A stretch of 63,891 bases of DNA, filler included, from Chrysochromulina tobinii (taxonomy: Eukaryota), in the NCBI GenBank assembly GCA_001275005.1. It is 8 parts of 8 records of this genome, joined end to end, with 100 filler letters (N's around TTAATTAATTAA, not from the genome) between each part and the next. Parts side by side here need not be neighbours in the genome. Positions count along the whole stretch, not along the records: positions 1 to 20,497 come from JWZX01000780.1; positions 20,598 to 26,020 come from JWZX01000781.1; 6 more parts are not named here. One strand, 5' to 3'. The position numbers were made by a program, and so were the translations under genes. Below the pieces are notes generated by a model that saw only the letters and a list, made by a program, of their open reading frames with translations, was not told where the DNA came from and ran no database searches. The stretch's first letter is position 1. Every line of letters starts with the position of its first letter. Shown here in pieces: positions 11,292-23,500 of this stretch.

Positions 11292-13880
11292 ATGCGGACG
11301 CATATGCTTCTAGCTCTGCTCACATTGCGTGCCGCCTCGGGCTTCTACCTGCCTGGCGTGGCGCCTCGCGAGTACCTGGATGGAGAGAAGGTCGAGGTTA
11401 AGGTCAACAAGCTCACATCTACCGTCACGCAGGTGCGCTCTGCCCACGGCCAGCGCCTTCGCCATGGCCGGCGCTCTGGCCTGCTATCGACGCGTACGCC
11501 TGCACCCGCCCTGAACAGCTGCCGTACGACTACTATAAGCTTGCCTTTTGCAAGCCCAAGGAGCTCATCAACGCGGTCGAGAACCTCGGCGAGGTCCTTC
11601 ACGGCTCGGTGATCCAGAACTCGCCGTATCAGCTCTTTGCGCAGAAGCAAGACTTCAAGGTGCTCTGCAAACAGGATCTGGACGCGAAGCAGGTGGCCGA
11701 GTTTGGGAAGCGGATTGGCGAGGAGTACCGCGTGCAGCTCATCATGGACAACCTGCCCGCGGCCACGCGCATGATCTCCGAGCTGCCCAATGGAAAGACG
11801 GTCTACATGTACGACCGTGGCTACAGGTTGGGCTTCATGGGAGCCAAGGAGTTTCCTGGCACGATCCCAAAGACGCCGTACCTGAACAACCACCTGCGCT
11901 TCATCATCAAGTACCACAAGGACGCCAAGTTCGAAGGCGCGCGCCTCGTCGGCTTCGAGGTCGAGGCCTTCTCCGTGAAGCACACCTACAAAGGCAAGTG
12001 GGGCGTGGACGCGAGCCTCACCTCGGTGCCTCTGTCGCCGGACCTGCCACCCCAGCCGATCGTGGAGGCGGGCGAGTACATCTTCACGTACGACGTGCAG
12101 TGGGAGGAGTCACCTATCCGGTGCGACTCGCGATGATCGCGCCTAGACCTCCCCACATGGGTGATTGCCTCTCTCATTCTCTCATTGCATGCTGATTGCG
12201 TGGGGTAGGAGTCACTCGTCCGGTGCGCCTGATTGCCTCTTCTCATTGCATGCTGATTGCGTCGGATTGCGCTGCATGCAGGTGGGCTTCGCGCTGGGAC
12301 CTCTACCTCTACATGGGTGACGACCAGATCCACTGGTTTTCGATCCTCAACTCGCTCGCCATCGTGCTGCTGCTCACGGGTACGCGCTTCGGCTCGGATG
12401 GCCTCTGATGGCCTCAGATAGGTTCTGAGTGGCTCTGAGTGGCTCTGAGTGGCTCTGAGTGGCTCTGAGTGGCTCTGAGTGGCTCTGAGTGGCTCTGAGT
12501 GCGTTTCCATTTTCCGCCCTCATCAGGCATCGTGGCGATGATCATGATGCGCACGCTGCGGCGCGACCTCAACCGTTACAACTCGGTCGAGGAGAAGGAG
12601 GAGTTGGCAGACGAGAGTGGCTGGAAGCTCGTACATGGCGATGTGCTGCGCCCGCCGCCGCTGCCCCTGCTTCTCTCGTCGTCGGTGGGGACTGGCATGC
12701 AATTGCTCTTTATGGCCATCATCTCGATCTTCTGCGCGATGCTCGGTTTCCTCTCTCCCGCCAACCGCGGCGGCCTTCTCACTGCGACGCTGCTGCTCTT
12801 CGTGTTGATGGGCGTGCCTGCGGGCTACTACGGCTCGCTCCTCTACAAGTCCATCAAGGGCTCGCAGTGGAAGTCGTTGACCGCTTCGACCGCCCTCCTG
12901 TACCCAGGCGTCATCTTCCTCCTCTTCTTCTGCCTCAACCTCTTCATATGGGGCTGCGGCTCGTCTGCCGCTGTGCCCTTCACCACCATGCTTGCCCTGA
13001 TCTGCATGTGGTTCTGCATCTCCGTCCCCCTCGTCTTTCTCGGCGCGTTCTTCGGCTTCCAGACGACCCTGCCCGAGCCGCCGGTGCGCACACGATCGAG
13101 ATCGCACGCCAAGGACTGCCGCATGCAAGTGCTCACCACGGCGCCATCTCTTCCCCACAGGTGCGCACGAACGAGATCGCACGCCATGTACCGCTGCAGG
13201 CGTGGTACATGGGGTTGCCGTGCACGATGGCGGTGGGCGGCATCTTGCCGTTCGGCGCCGTGTTCATTGAGCTCTTCTTCATCATGAGCTCTGTCTGGCT
13301 GCAGCGCTTCTACTACGTCTTCGGCTTCCTCGCGCTTGTGATCTTCATCCTGCTGCTCACGTGCGCCGAGATCTCGATAGTCCTCTGCTACTTCCAGCTC
13401 TGCAACGAGGATTATCACTGGTGGTGGCGCTCCTTCCTAAACTCGGGCGCGGCAGGCGGCTACTTGCTTGGCTACTCCGCCATCTACTTCCATACACAGC
13501 TTGACATGGTCGGTTTCACACCGACGCTCCTCTACTTTGGGTGTGAACGCCCCCCGTGTGCTGTGGAAGATTGCCTTTGGGTCTCCCCCGCGTGCCTCTC
13601 TGATAGCCCCGATCACCTCCCTCCTCAGGCACACGTTGATTGCCACTGATTACCACTGATTGCCACTGATTGCCACTGAGTGCCACTGATTGCACCCCTC
13701 CTCAGGCACATGTTGATTGCCACTGATTCCACTGATTGCCACTGATTGCCACGGATTGCACCCCTCCTCAGGTACATGTTGATCGCCGCCATCATCTTCG
13801 CGCTGATGACGGGTACAGTTGGTTTCATGGCCGCGTGGTGGTTCGTGTGGAAGATCTTCTCGGCCGTTAAGGTCGACTAG
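11292..13880 (+). CDS. TM9SF: Transmembrane 9 superfamily (EMP70/nonaspanin) protein
   Basis: Signal peptide then [61 protein letters not shown]-terminal KVD; introns 11433-11518, 12122-12282, 12380-12526, 13084-13160, 13541-13771. Confidence 0.95.
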
Positions 13881-15195
13881 GACCGACACGAGCCCAAGCA
13901 GAGGCAGCTCTCTCGATTAGGAAACCGGAGGCCCTCTCCCGCTCGCAATAGCCTCGCCTAGCGCCGTGAGGCCTTGCGTGGAGCGTGCATGCAAGTGCTC
14001 ACCCCGGCGCCTCTCCTAGCGCCGTGAGGCCTTGCGTGGAGCGTCCCGCGGGGCGCTGTCTGTGTTGCGGTGTCGCGGCTTGCATCTCGGAGATCGCACC
14101 TCGGAGATCGCATCTCGTGTGCCCCAATCGTCGGAGATCGCATCTCGTGCGCCCCAGTCGAGCCGCCGTCGTGTATCACACCGCGGCGCCTGCAACGTAC
14201 TCACTGTGCTCTCACACAGCGACGCTCACCCCCACGCCCCACAGTGCCTCGCCGTCGACCGGGCGCGCGACGCACTGACCACGCTGTGTCCTACTAATGC
14301 TGACACTGCGCACCACTCGGCGGGCGTGTCGGCTGTCGCGACGGTGTCGCGCCGGTGTTCGGTGGAATACGATCCGATCGCAACGTCCCCGGGCGCTCGC
14401 GGAGACGCGTGGGGCACGGGCGGGAGCCGGTCCGCGACTACTTAGTTCGTCATCATAGTATTAGACTCTTGACGATGTGACCACATAACCTCGAGGGCGC
14501 GGGCGAGGTGCTGGGGACAGACAGACGAGAGTGAGTGTCCGGTCTTAGATGAAACAGAGACGGCGGAAACGGAGCGTCGGAGCCCCAGCCCGGGCCGAGC
14601 CCGAGGCACAGACCGCCTCCGGATGGCGCTCGGCGGGCCGGACCCGCGGCGCTCGCCGGATAGCCGTTATGATTACTAAGCGACACCGTCTCCGCAGCGG
14701 TCTGACACTGTGCGCTCCTATGACACGCCGCACGAGGTCGAGGACCGGACAACGTTTCAAACAAGCATGTTTCAAGCATGTGGGTGACTGAGTGCGCGTG
14801 CCCGCGCAACCGGAACCGCTCTCCTGCTTCCATTATGGCTGTTCCTGCTACGCCACTTCAAGCACGATTGTACCATTGTACGATTGTAGTTTGTACGAAC
14901 GGGCGCAGAGCGTACTCCGAAGTTCCACGTTCCACCGTCGGTGCGGAGTATATGGACTTTGGATGGACCGTGTGGCAGTTGCGCGCCGTCGTGGACAGCC
15001 GGACACGGCGATCCGCCGGCGCGCCGACCCGAGCGCGCGCCGTCGTGGACAGCCGGACACGGCGATCCGCCGGCGCGCCTCGACCCGAGCGCGGTCTACC
15101 CTCGGCCCTCTAGAGATGAGGTGTCGCACTTCAGTGCCTCTGTGCTCCGCAGAGTGATGCATGGCGTGCCATAGGATTGTCGACGTGCCCGCGCT

Positions 15196-15933
15196 CTAGT
15201 CCCGTCCATCCGTGCCAAAGTAGCGGTCGCCAAAATCGCCCAACCCCGGCACGATGTAACTTTTGCTGTTGAGAATTGGGTCGATGGCCCCAGTGACGAT
15301 CTTGACCTGCGGGTACTTGTTGTGTATGGCGGCAATGCCCTCGCGCACGCACACGATGTTCACAAAGATGATATTTTCTGGGCGCACCCCTTTTTCAACC
15401 AAGCACTCGATAGCCTTGACCGCTGAGCCTCCCGTCGCGAGCATCGGGTCGAGGAGCAGCACCTGGCGCATGGCGACATCCGGCGGCAGCTTGGAGTACA
15501 TGAGCGTCGGCAGCGCAGTCTCCTCGTCGCGCTGGATGAGGATCTTGCCCACGGCCACAGATGGCATCATCACTCGCACCTCGCCCAGCATGCAGTCGGC
15601 CGCACGTAGGATGGAGACCGCACACAGGGACGACTCGGCGGGCAGGCGCATGCCCTCGTACGGGCCGCATGGCGTTTCGACGAGGACGGCCTTCGACGGT
15701 AGCAACGCCATCGCCTCTTCGATGAGCAGGTGCGTGAGCCTATTCGAGGCAATCACAAACTGTGAGCGCGGCGCCGTCTTGTCACGCATGAGCGTCTGCA
15801 GCGAGCGCGTGAGCGGTGTGTCCTTGAGCACCGTGACGTGGTGAAGGTTTTCGCACATGGAGCTGGCCGACGCGAAGGCGCCCGCGGCCGTCGCCGCGGC
15901 ACCGCCCGCTGCAAGCATCAGCCGACGCTTCAT
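15196..15933 (-). CDS. UPRT: Uracil phosphoribosyltransferase
   Basis: VSILRAA, GKILIQRDEET, LLLDPMLATGGS (PRPP site), YIVPGLGDFGDRYFGT. Confidence 0.95.
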   Translation of the reverse strand: MKRRLMLAAGGAAATAAGAFASASSMCENLHHVTVLKDTPLTRSLQTLMRDKTAPRSQFVIASNRLTHLLIEEAMALLPSKAVLVETPCGPYEGMRLPAESSLCAVSILRAADCMLGEVRVMMPSVAVGKILIQRDEETALPTLMYSKLPPDVAMRQVLLLDPMLATGGSAVKAIECLVEKGVRPENIIFVNIVCVREGIAAIHNKYPQVKIVTGAIDPILNSKSYIVPGLGDFGDRYFGTDGRD

Positions 15934-16080
15934 GGCCGTCGGGCCCCGAACTTCGCGAGTTTGGTCATTGGTTGGTCTTGAGTGGAGAGTGGAAGCCCAC
16001 CCCGTCCCGTCCCTAGGTCTCCATGTTCTGTACATGAGCTACGAAATTGGACAACTGTTCCCCGCCGTATCGGGCGGCGC

Positions 16081-16744
16081 ATGGCCACGCTGAGCGCGGC
16101 CGACCTTGGGCGCCGCGTCCAGGTCACTACCTCGGATGGCGAGGCGAGCGAGGGCACCGTCTTCGCTGTCGAGGATGGCGTCGTCGTGCTCGAGTCGTTC
16201 TGCTGGCCCAGCAATCCAGAGATCACCCGTGCAAACTACAGCGTGCTGACGGCGGCCTCGATCACAAAGGTTGCTGAGGTGGCAGCGGTGCCGTCGGGCG
16301 CCGCCGCCCAGGAGCGTTCGTTGCCGGCCGTGGATTCAGCGTATCTGCAGGCACGCGAGGCACGGGCCGTCACGCGCGCCGAAGAGGAGGCCACCAAAAT
16401 CAACCCGAAGGCGACGGCGCGTTTCCAGGCTGTCTTCGACATGCTGTCGAAGACCATGCCTTGCACGTGGGGCACCAACCCGCAAGATGGCGGCCCTGCC
16501 ATCATGATCCTCGAGGCGGTGAGCAGCCCTCGAGATGTGTGCAGCGCTCCCCCTTGTCGAAGCATGGCCTGACTGGGTGGTGTTGTGTGCGCCGTCGCAG
16601 GTCATCATCACCGCCGCTCTCAACCCCGACAAGCTAGTCGCGAAAGCGGGGGAGGAGCGCCTGAAGGAGCGCGTCCGCAAGGTGCTCTCCGGCGTCATCG
16701 CCAAGCTCGAGAGCGATCCTCGGATGAAGTCATCCATTGGCTAA
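16081..16744 (+). CDS. LSM12-like protein (N-terminal LSm fold + anticodon-binding AD domain), intron 16519-16600
   Basis: GRRVQVTTSDGEASEGTVFA; ARFQAVFDMLSKTMPCTW; ERVRKVL; head-to-head with UPRT across ~150 bp. Confidence 0.75.
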
Positions 16745-16935
16745 GGAGACACCTGTGAGTGGATGCGAAAGCGATATAGCGGATGGGGCGTCGCGGGTTC
16801 GTTCGCTCGTCTCGTCTGCAGCCCGCTAACAACGGCTGATACGTGAGTATTTTTAACGATGAACGAACTTCATGACGCAGCCCCACACGTCTCGCTTACA
16901 CATGCGTTCGCACCTAAGCGTGTCCCCGAGGTCTT

Positions 16936-17262
16936 TCATTCACCGCGCTTGCCCTTGATGAAGTCGCTGCGACGCTGGCGAGACTTGTTGATGAGATTGA
17001 CCGACGAGGGCAGCTGGGCTTCGTCGCCGATAACGTCGCCGAGGGAAGCGTTGAGCAGCAGCGTGAGCACCAAGAGCGCGAGGGCGATGCCCACCACGAT
17101 CCGGTCGTCTGGAAGCGCGTTTGCGGCAGCCGCGGCGGACGCGTCGGCTGCGAAGGCGGCGGGCTGCAGCGCAAAGGCTGCCGTACCCGAGGCTGCGGCG
17201 AAGCGGGCCACACTCGCCGGTGACAGCAGCGAGGGCCGCAGAAGCTGTGGGATGCCGAGCAT
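16936..17262 (-). CDS. Small single-TM hypothetical protein, possibly organelle-targeted
   Basis: Ala-rich N-region, hydrophobic IVVGIALALLVLTLLLNASL, short C-tail; start uncertain. Confidence 0.45.
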   Translation of the reverse strand: MLGIPQLLRPSLLSPASVARFAAASGTAAFALQPAAFAADASAAAAANALPDDRIVVGIALALLVLTLLLNASLGDVIGDEAQLPSSVNLINKSRQRRSDFIKGKRGE

Positions 17263-17461
17263 CGGAGAAAAAAAAGATCGGGACCGCTGGGGTGTGAACC
17301 AAATCGCACATTTTTGCACAAGACGCAGCGACCGAGGCCGTCGCAAGCGGATGCCGCCTTGCTTTTTCGCCAAATGTTCTTCTGTGAACTCTTGATCGCG
17401 GCTGTGCCGAAGCTTTGCTGTGCTTTGCAAGTGTTCTGCCCTCGCCGCCTGACCGCGCGCG

Positions 17462-20400
17462 ATGTCGGGCTCGCATCTCAGCCGCGACTTCTTCGAGCTT
17501 ATGTGCGCGCACACCCCAGCTCCGGCCAGTGCACGGCCAGGCACTCAACGCGAGGCGATGAAGTAACGGGACGCACAGACAGCGGGTGCGCTCACGCGCA
17601 CCAATGGGAGTGTCCTCACGCGCGCGCCATCGCCTGCTGCTATGTGCGCAGCAAGAGCATCGGCGAGTGCAAGTCGAAGCAGGAAGAGGATAAGATCTTG
17701 GCCTCGGAGGTGTCCACGCTCAAGCAAATCTTCACCACGCAGCTCACTGATAAGAAGTTGAAGGAGGCGCTCATGCGGGTCATGTATGCAGAGATGCTCG
17801 GCCACCACGCCGATTTCGGCCACATCCACGCGGTGAACATGACGCAAAAGACGAATCTCGTCTCCAAGCGCGTTGGCTACATGGCGAGTGCTGCCTGCCT
17901 CCACCCGGGCCATGAGCTGGTCACGCTCGCCGTCAACACCATGCGACGCGACGTCGCGTCGTCGAACCACGTCGAGGTGTGCGCGGCGCTGATCGCGATC
18001 CCGAAGCTGGTGAGCAAGGAGTTCCTCCCCGCGCTGCTCCAGCCGGTCCTCGCCCTCCTCGACCATGCCATGGAGGCCATTCGTAAGAAGGCCGTGATGG
18101 TGCTGCACAAGTTCTACACCATTGAGCCCGAGAGTATGGCGAGTCACACGGATAAGCTGCGGCGCGCGCTGTGCGACAAGGACCCGGCGGTGATGGGCGC
18201 GGCGCTGTACATCTTGCATGCGATGGCCGAGCAGACTCCCGCGCATCACAAGGACCTTGTGCCCTCGTACGTTTCGATCCTCAAGCAGATCACCGAGCAT
18301 CGGCTGCCCTCCACGTTTGATTACCATCGCGTGCCAGCTCCATGGATCCAGATCAAGCTGCTCAAGCTGCTGGCCCTGTTGGGCACGAACGACCAACGCG
18401 CGAGCGAGGGCATGTACGAGGTGCTCAATGACGTGATGCGCCGCGCCGACACGGGCATCAACATCGGATACGCGGTCATCTACGACTGCGTGCGCACGGT
18501 CACAACGATCTATCCGAATATCCCACTGCTCGAGGCGGCGGCGGGCCACATCGCCCGCTTCGTCCAATCGGAGAACCACAATCTCAAGTATCTCGGGATC
18601 AAGGCGCTCGCCCAGATTGTGCAGGTACGGACGAACCCACGCCCTAATCCAAATTAGGCAGGCCATGCGCCCGAGCTGCCCGGCCTGCAGCACGTGCTCA
18701 ACACGGCGCGCACCATCGCCTCTCTCGCCTCTCTCTCTCCTCTCCCCACAGGTCAACCAAAAGTACGCGCTCGACCACCAGATGGTCGTCGTCGAGTGCC
18801 TCGAGGACCCTGACGAAACTCTCAAGCGGAAGACCCTCGACCTGCTCTTCGCGATGACGAACGCGTCCAACATCATCTTCGTGGCCGACACACTCCTCGG
18901 CCACCTGCGCTCGACAACGGACCAAACCTTCCGAGGCGGCCTCGTCGACCGCATCACGCAACTCGCCGAGCGGTCAGCGCAACTCCCTACAGCGCACTGC
19001 CGAGCAACTCCCCACAGCGCACTCCCGAGCGGCGCCCACCATGCGAGCGCTCACCACGGCGCCCGGCTCTCCGCGCCTCGGCCCGCTCTCAAGCGTGCGA
19101 GCGCTCATCACGGCGCGCATTCCTCCCCTGCCCCCCTCCCCTGCCCCCCAGGTACGCGCCCGACAACACGTGGTACATTCGGACCATGAACGCGGTCTTC
19201 GAGCTCGGCGGCGAGTTAGTCCGGCCCGACATCGCCCACAACTTGATGCGCCTGATCGCCGAGGGCTCCGGCGAGGATGAGGCCGCTGACATGGCCATGC
19301 GCAAGTACGCGGCGTCGCAGTACTATGAGCTGCTCGAGAAGCCAGTGCTGCCCGACAACCTCGTGCAGGTGCTCTGCTGGGTGCTGGGTGAATATGGTTA
19401 CCTGGTCGACGGCACCCAGGTCCTCGACATAGCGACGCGCTTGTGCGGCGTCATCAAGCGCCAGTTGACGCACGTCTCGACCCGCAATTGGGTCTTGGGC
19501 GCGCTCGTGAAGCTCGTCGCCCAGCTTGGCCAGGCCCCTTCCCAGGTGACCGAGCTCGCCCAAAAGTACTCTCGGTCCGCGGACGTGACTCTCGCAAAGT
19601 ACGCGAACGAGCTGCTCGTATTCAGGGAGCACATGGACGTGATGAAGGCGGTGCTGCCCGTGGACGCGTCGTGTGAGGACCTCGAGACCGATCGCTCGCT
19701 TTCCTTCCTCAACGGCTATGTGCAGGTGACGAAGCCCTGATGGCCTCTCTTGATTGCCTCTGATTGCAGGTGACGAGACCCTGCTGGCCTCTCTTGATTG
19801 CCTCTGATAGATTGCAGGTGACGAGACCCTGCTGGCCTCTCTTGATTGCCTGCTTCCCCCTTCTTCTCAGTCTCTCCCCTTGTTTGGCTCACGATCACTG
19901 ATGACCACTGATGACCACTGATGACCACTGATGATCACTGATTGCTTCCCTCATCAGTCTCTCCCCCTTGTTTGGCTCACAGGCTGCCGTCGCCAACGGC
20001 GCCCAGCCCTACCTCAAGCGCGGTCAGCGCCCGGCAGACCTCGAGGCTGCGGCAAAGCGGGCCGCGGAGATCGCCGCCAAGCAGCCGGCCCAGCCGACGA
20101 TGCGCTTCGAGGAGTATGAGCGAGCACAGCTGCCCGTGATGTCGGCGCCACCAGCGGCGCCGGAGCCATCGGCGCCTGCCGTCGAAGAGACGCCACCACC
20201 CCTCTCGAGCGGCCTCAACACCTCAGGCGTCAAGCAAATGTGGGGCGCCGAGGGCTTCATGGGCGACAAGCCCGCGCCCGCGCCCACCCCCGCACAGGTC
20301 TTCACACCGGCTGGGGCCCCTCCGGCGGGGGGGTACCCCGGGAGCGCGCCGCAGGCCCCCCCTCGCCCCGCCGCGCCACCGGAGAAGAGTGCCGAACAGA

Positions 20401-20497
20401 TCGCAAAGGAGAAGAAGATGGCGGCACTCTTCGGTGGCATCCAGGCCGCCGCGCCCGCGCCCGCGCCGGCGCCCGCGCCCGCGCCCGCGCCGGCGCC
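17462..20497 (+). CDS. AP4E1: AP-4 adaptor complex epsilon subunit (3'-truncated by contig end)
   Basis: MSGSHLSRDFFEL at 17462 spliced (intron 17503-17651) to IKSIGECKSKQEED; YHRVPAPWIQIKLL; NHNLKYLGI; EDPDETLKRKTLDLL; LPVDASCED. Confidence 0.92.
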
Positions 20498-20597
20498 NNN
20501 NNNNNNNNNNNNNNNNNNNNNNNNNNNNNNNNNNNNNNNNNTTAATTAATTAANNNNNNNNNNNNNNNNNNNNNNNNNNNNNNNNNNNNNNNNNNNN
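20498..20597. other. Artificial contig linker (N44-TTAATTAATTAA-N44); identical linkers at 26021-26120, 34181-34280, 38294-38393, 40335-40434, 50245-50344, 62664-62763
   Basis: Six-frame-stop linker embedded in Ns, 100 nt each. Confidence 0.98.
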
Positions 20598-23500
20598 GTT
20601 CCGCAGCGCCCCCGCCGCGTTCTCCTTTTGGCCATCCGTGCCGCTCTGCACCAGCGTCACGAGCGGCGCGATCGCGCCAGCCTGCGCGATCAAGACCTGG
20701 TTCTCGGCATTTTTGAACGCGAGGTTCCGCAGCGCCCCCGCCGCGTGCTCCTTTTGGCCAGCCGTGCCGCTCTGCACCAGTGTCACGAGCGGCGCGATCG
20801 CGCCAGCCTGCGCGATCAAGACCTTGTTCTCATCGTTGCCCGCGAGGTTCCCCAGCGTCCCCGCCGCCTGCTCCTTTTGGCCATCCGTGCCGCTCTGCAC
20901 CAGCGTCACGAGCGGCGCGATGGCGCCAGCCTGCACAATCAAGACTTCATTCTCGGCGTTGATCGCGAGGTTCGCCAGCGCATCCGCCGCGTACTCCTTT
21001 TGGCCATCCGTGCCGCTCTGCACCAGCGTCACGAGCGGCGCGATCGCGCCAGCCTGCACAATCAAGACTTCGTTCTCATCGTTGCACGCGAGGTTCCGCA
21101 GCGCATCCGCCGCGTACTCCTTTTGGCCAGCCGTGCCGCTCTGCACCAGCGTCACGAGCGGCGCGATCGCGCCAGCCTGCGCGATCAAGACCTGATTCTC
21201 ATCGTTGCACGCGAGGATCGCCAGCGCACCCGCCGCATACTCCTTTTGGCCAGCCGTGCCGCTCTGCACCAGCGTCACGAGCGGCGCGATGGCGCCTGCC
21301 TGCGCGATCAAGACCTGGTTCTCGGCGTTGTTGGCCGCGAGGTTCCACAGCGCATCCGCCGCGTACTCCTTTTGGCCAGCCGTGCCGCTCTGCACCAGCG
21401 TCACGAGCGGCGAGATCGCGCCAGCCTGCGCGATCAAGACCTGGTTCTCATCGTTGCCCGCGAGGCTCGCCAGCGCACCCGCCGCGTGCTCCTTTTGGCC
21501 AGCCGTGCCGCTCTGCACCAGTGTCACGAGCGGCGCGATCGCGCCAGCCTGCGCGATCAAGACCTTGTTCTCGGTGTTGTTGGCCGCGAAGTTCCACAGC
21601 GCCCCCGCCGCCTGCTCCTTTTGGCCAGCCGTGCCGCTCTGCAACAACGTCACAAGCGGCGCAGTCGCGCCAGCGTGCGCAATCAAGACCTGGTTCTCGG
21701 CGTTGATCGCGAGGTTCCGCAGCGCCGCCGCTGCCTGCTCCTTTTGGCCATCCGTGCCGCTCTGCACCAGCGTCACGAGCGGCGCGATCGCGCCAGCCTG
21801 CGCGATCAAGACCTGGTACTCGGCGTTGGCCGCGAGGTTCCACAGCGCCCCCGCCGCCCGCTCCTTTTGGCCAGCCGTGCCGCTCTGCACCAGCGTCACG
21901 AGCGGCGCGATCGCGCCAGCCTGCGCGATCAAGACCTTGTTCTCGGCGATCATCGCGAGCCTCCGCAGCGCCCCCGCCGCCTGCTCCTTTTGGCCATCCG
22001 TGCCGCTCTGCACCAGCGTCACGAGCGGCGAGATCGCGCCAGCCTGCGCGATCAAGACCTTGTTCTCGGCATTGGCCGCGAGGTTCCAGAGCGTTGCCGC
22101 CGCCAGCTCCTTTTGGCCATCCGTGCCGCTCTGCACCAGTGTCGCGAGCGGCGCGATCGCGCCAGCCTGCGCGATCAAGACCTTGTTCTCGGCGATCATC
22201 GCGAGCCTCCGCAGCGCCCCCGCCGCCTGTTCCTTTTGGCCATCCGTGCCGCTCTGCACCAGCGTCACGAGGGGCGAGATCGCGCCCGCCCGCGCGATCA
22301 AGACCTGGTACTCGGCGTTGATCGCGAGGTTCGCCAGCGCCCCCGCCGCGTACTCCTTTTGGCCATCCGTGCCGCTCTGCACCAGCGTCACGAGCAGCGC
22401 GATCGCGCCAGCCTGCGCGATCGAGACCTGGTTCTCGGCGTTGAGCGCGAGGTTCCCCAGCGCCCCCGCCGCCTGCTCCTTTTGGCCGGCCGTGCCGCTC
22501 TGCAACAACGTCACAAGCGGCGCAATCGCGCCAGCCTGCGCGATCACGACCTTGTTCTCGGCGTTCATCGCGAGCCTCCGCAGCGCCTTCGCCGCCTGTT
22601 CCTTCTGGCCATCCGTGCCGCTCTGCACCAGCGTCACAAGCGGCGCGATCGCGCCTGCCTGCGCGATCAAGACCTGGTTCTCAACATAGGCCGCGAGGTT
22701 CCCCAGCGTTGCCGCCGCCTGCTCCTTTTGGCCATCCGTGCCGCTCTGCACCAGCGTCACGAGGGGCGCGATCGCGCCAGCCTGCGCGATCAAGACCTTA
22801 TTCTCGGCGTTGACCGCGAGGTTCCACAGCGTCCCCGCCGCGTTCTCCTTTTGGACACCCGTGCCGCTCTGCACCAGCGTCACGAGGGGCGAGATGGCGC
22901 CAGCCTGCGCGATCAAGACCTTGTTCTCGGCGTTTGTCGCGAGGTTCCGCAGCGCCCCCGCCGCCTGCTCCTTTTGGCCATCCGTGCCGCTCTGCACCAG
23001 CGTCACAAGCGGCGCGATCGCGCCAGCCTGCACAATCAAGACCTTGTTCTCGGCGTTTGTTGCGAGGCTCCGCAGCGCACGCGCCGCCTCCGCCCCGGCC
23101 GCTGGGTCTTGGGCCGTGAGCATCGCCACGAGCGGCACGATTCCGCCCGCCCTCGCAATCGCCACCCGCGACTCATTGTCGCGCATGTCAGCCAGCGCTC
23201 CGGCCGCATCGGCGCTGCTGTTGCGCACCTGCTGGACCAGCCGCTGCAGCCGCTCGTCCTTCGAGAGCGCCGGCGCATCTGCGCCCGTGCCCACGCCCGC
23301 ACCACCACGCGATGGCATCGTTGGCATCTCTGGCCAAGTAGATCTTCCACCATCAATGGCCATCATTCGGCGTAAGTCGCGATCTCGCGCAATCTCCGCG
23401 GCATCTCGTGTGGTGTAAAAGAGCAGCGTATCCCGCATCTCCTCCACCTCGATCGTCTGGACAAACTGCGATGCGTGTCTGTCCTCAACCGCATGAGCTT

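Noticed and set aside
20498..20597. TTAATTAATTAA motif and adjacency of genes across N-runs
   Set aside because: Artificial linker; no synteny or operon inference is possible across contigs
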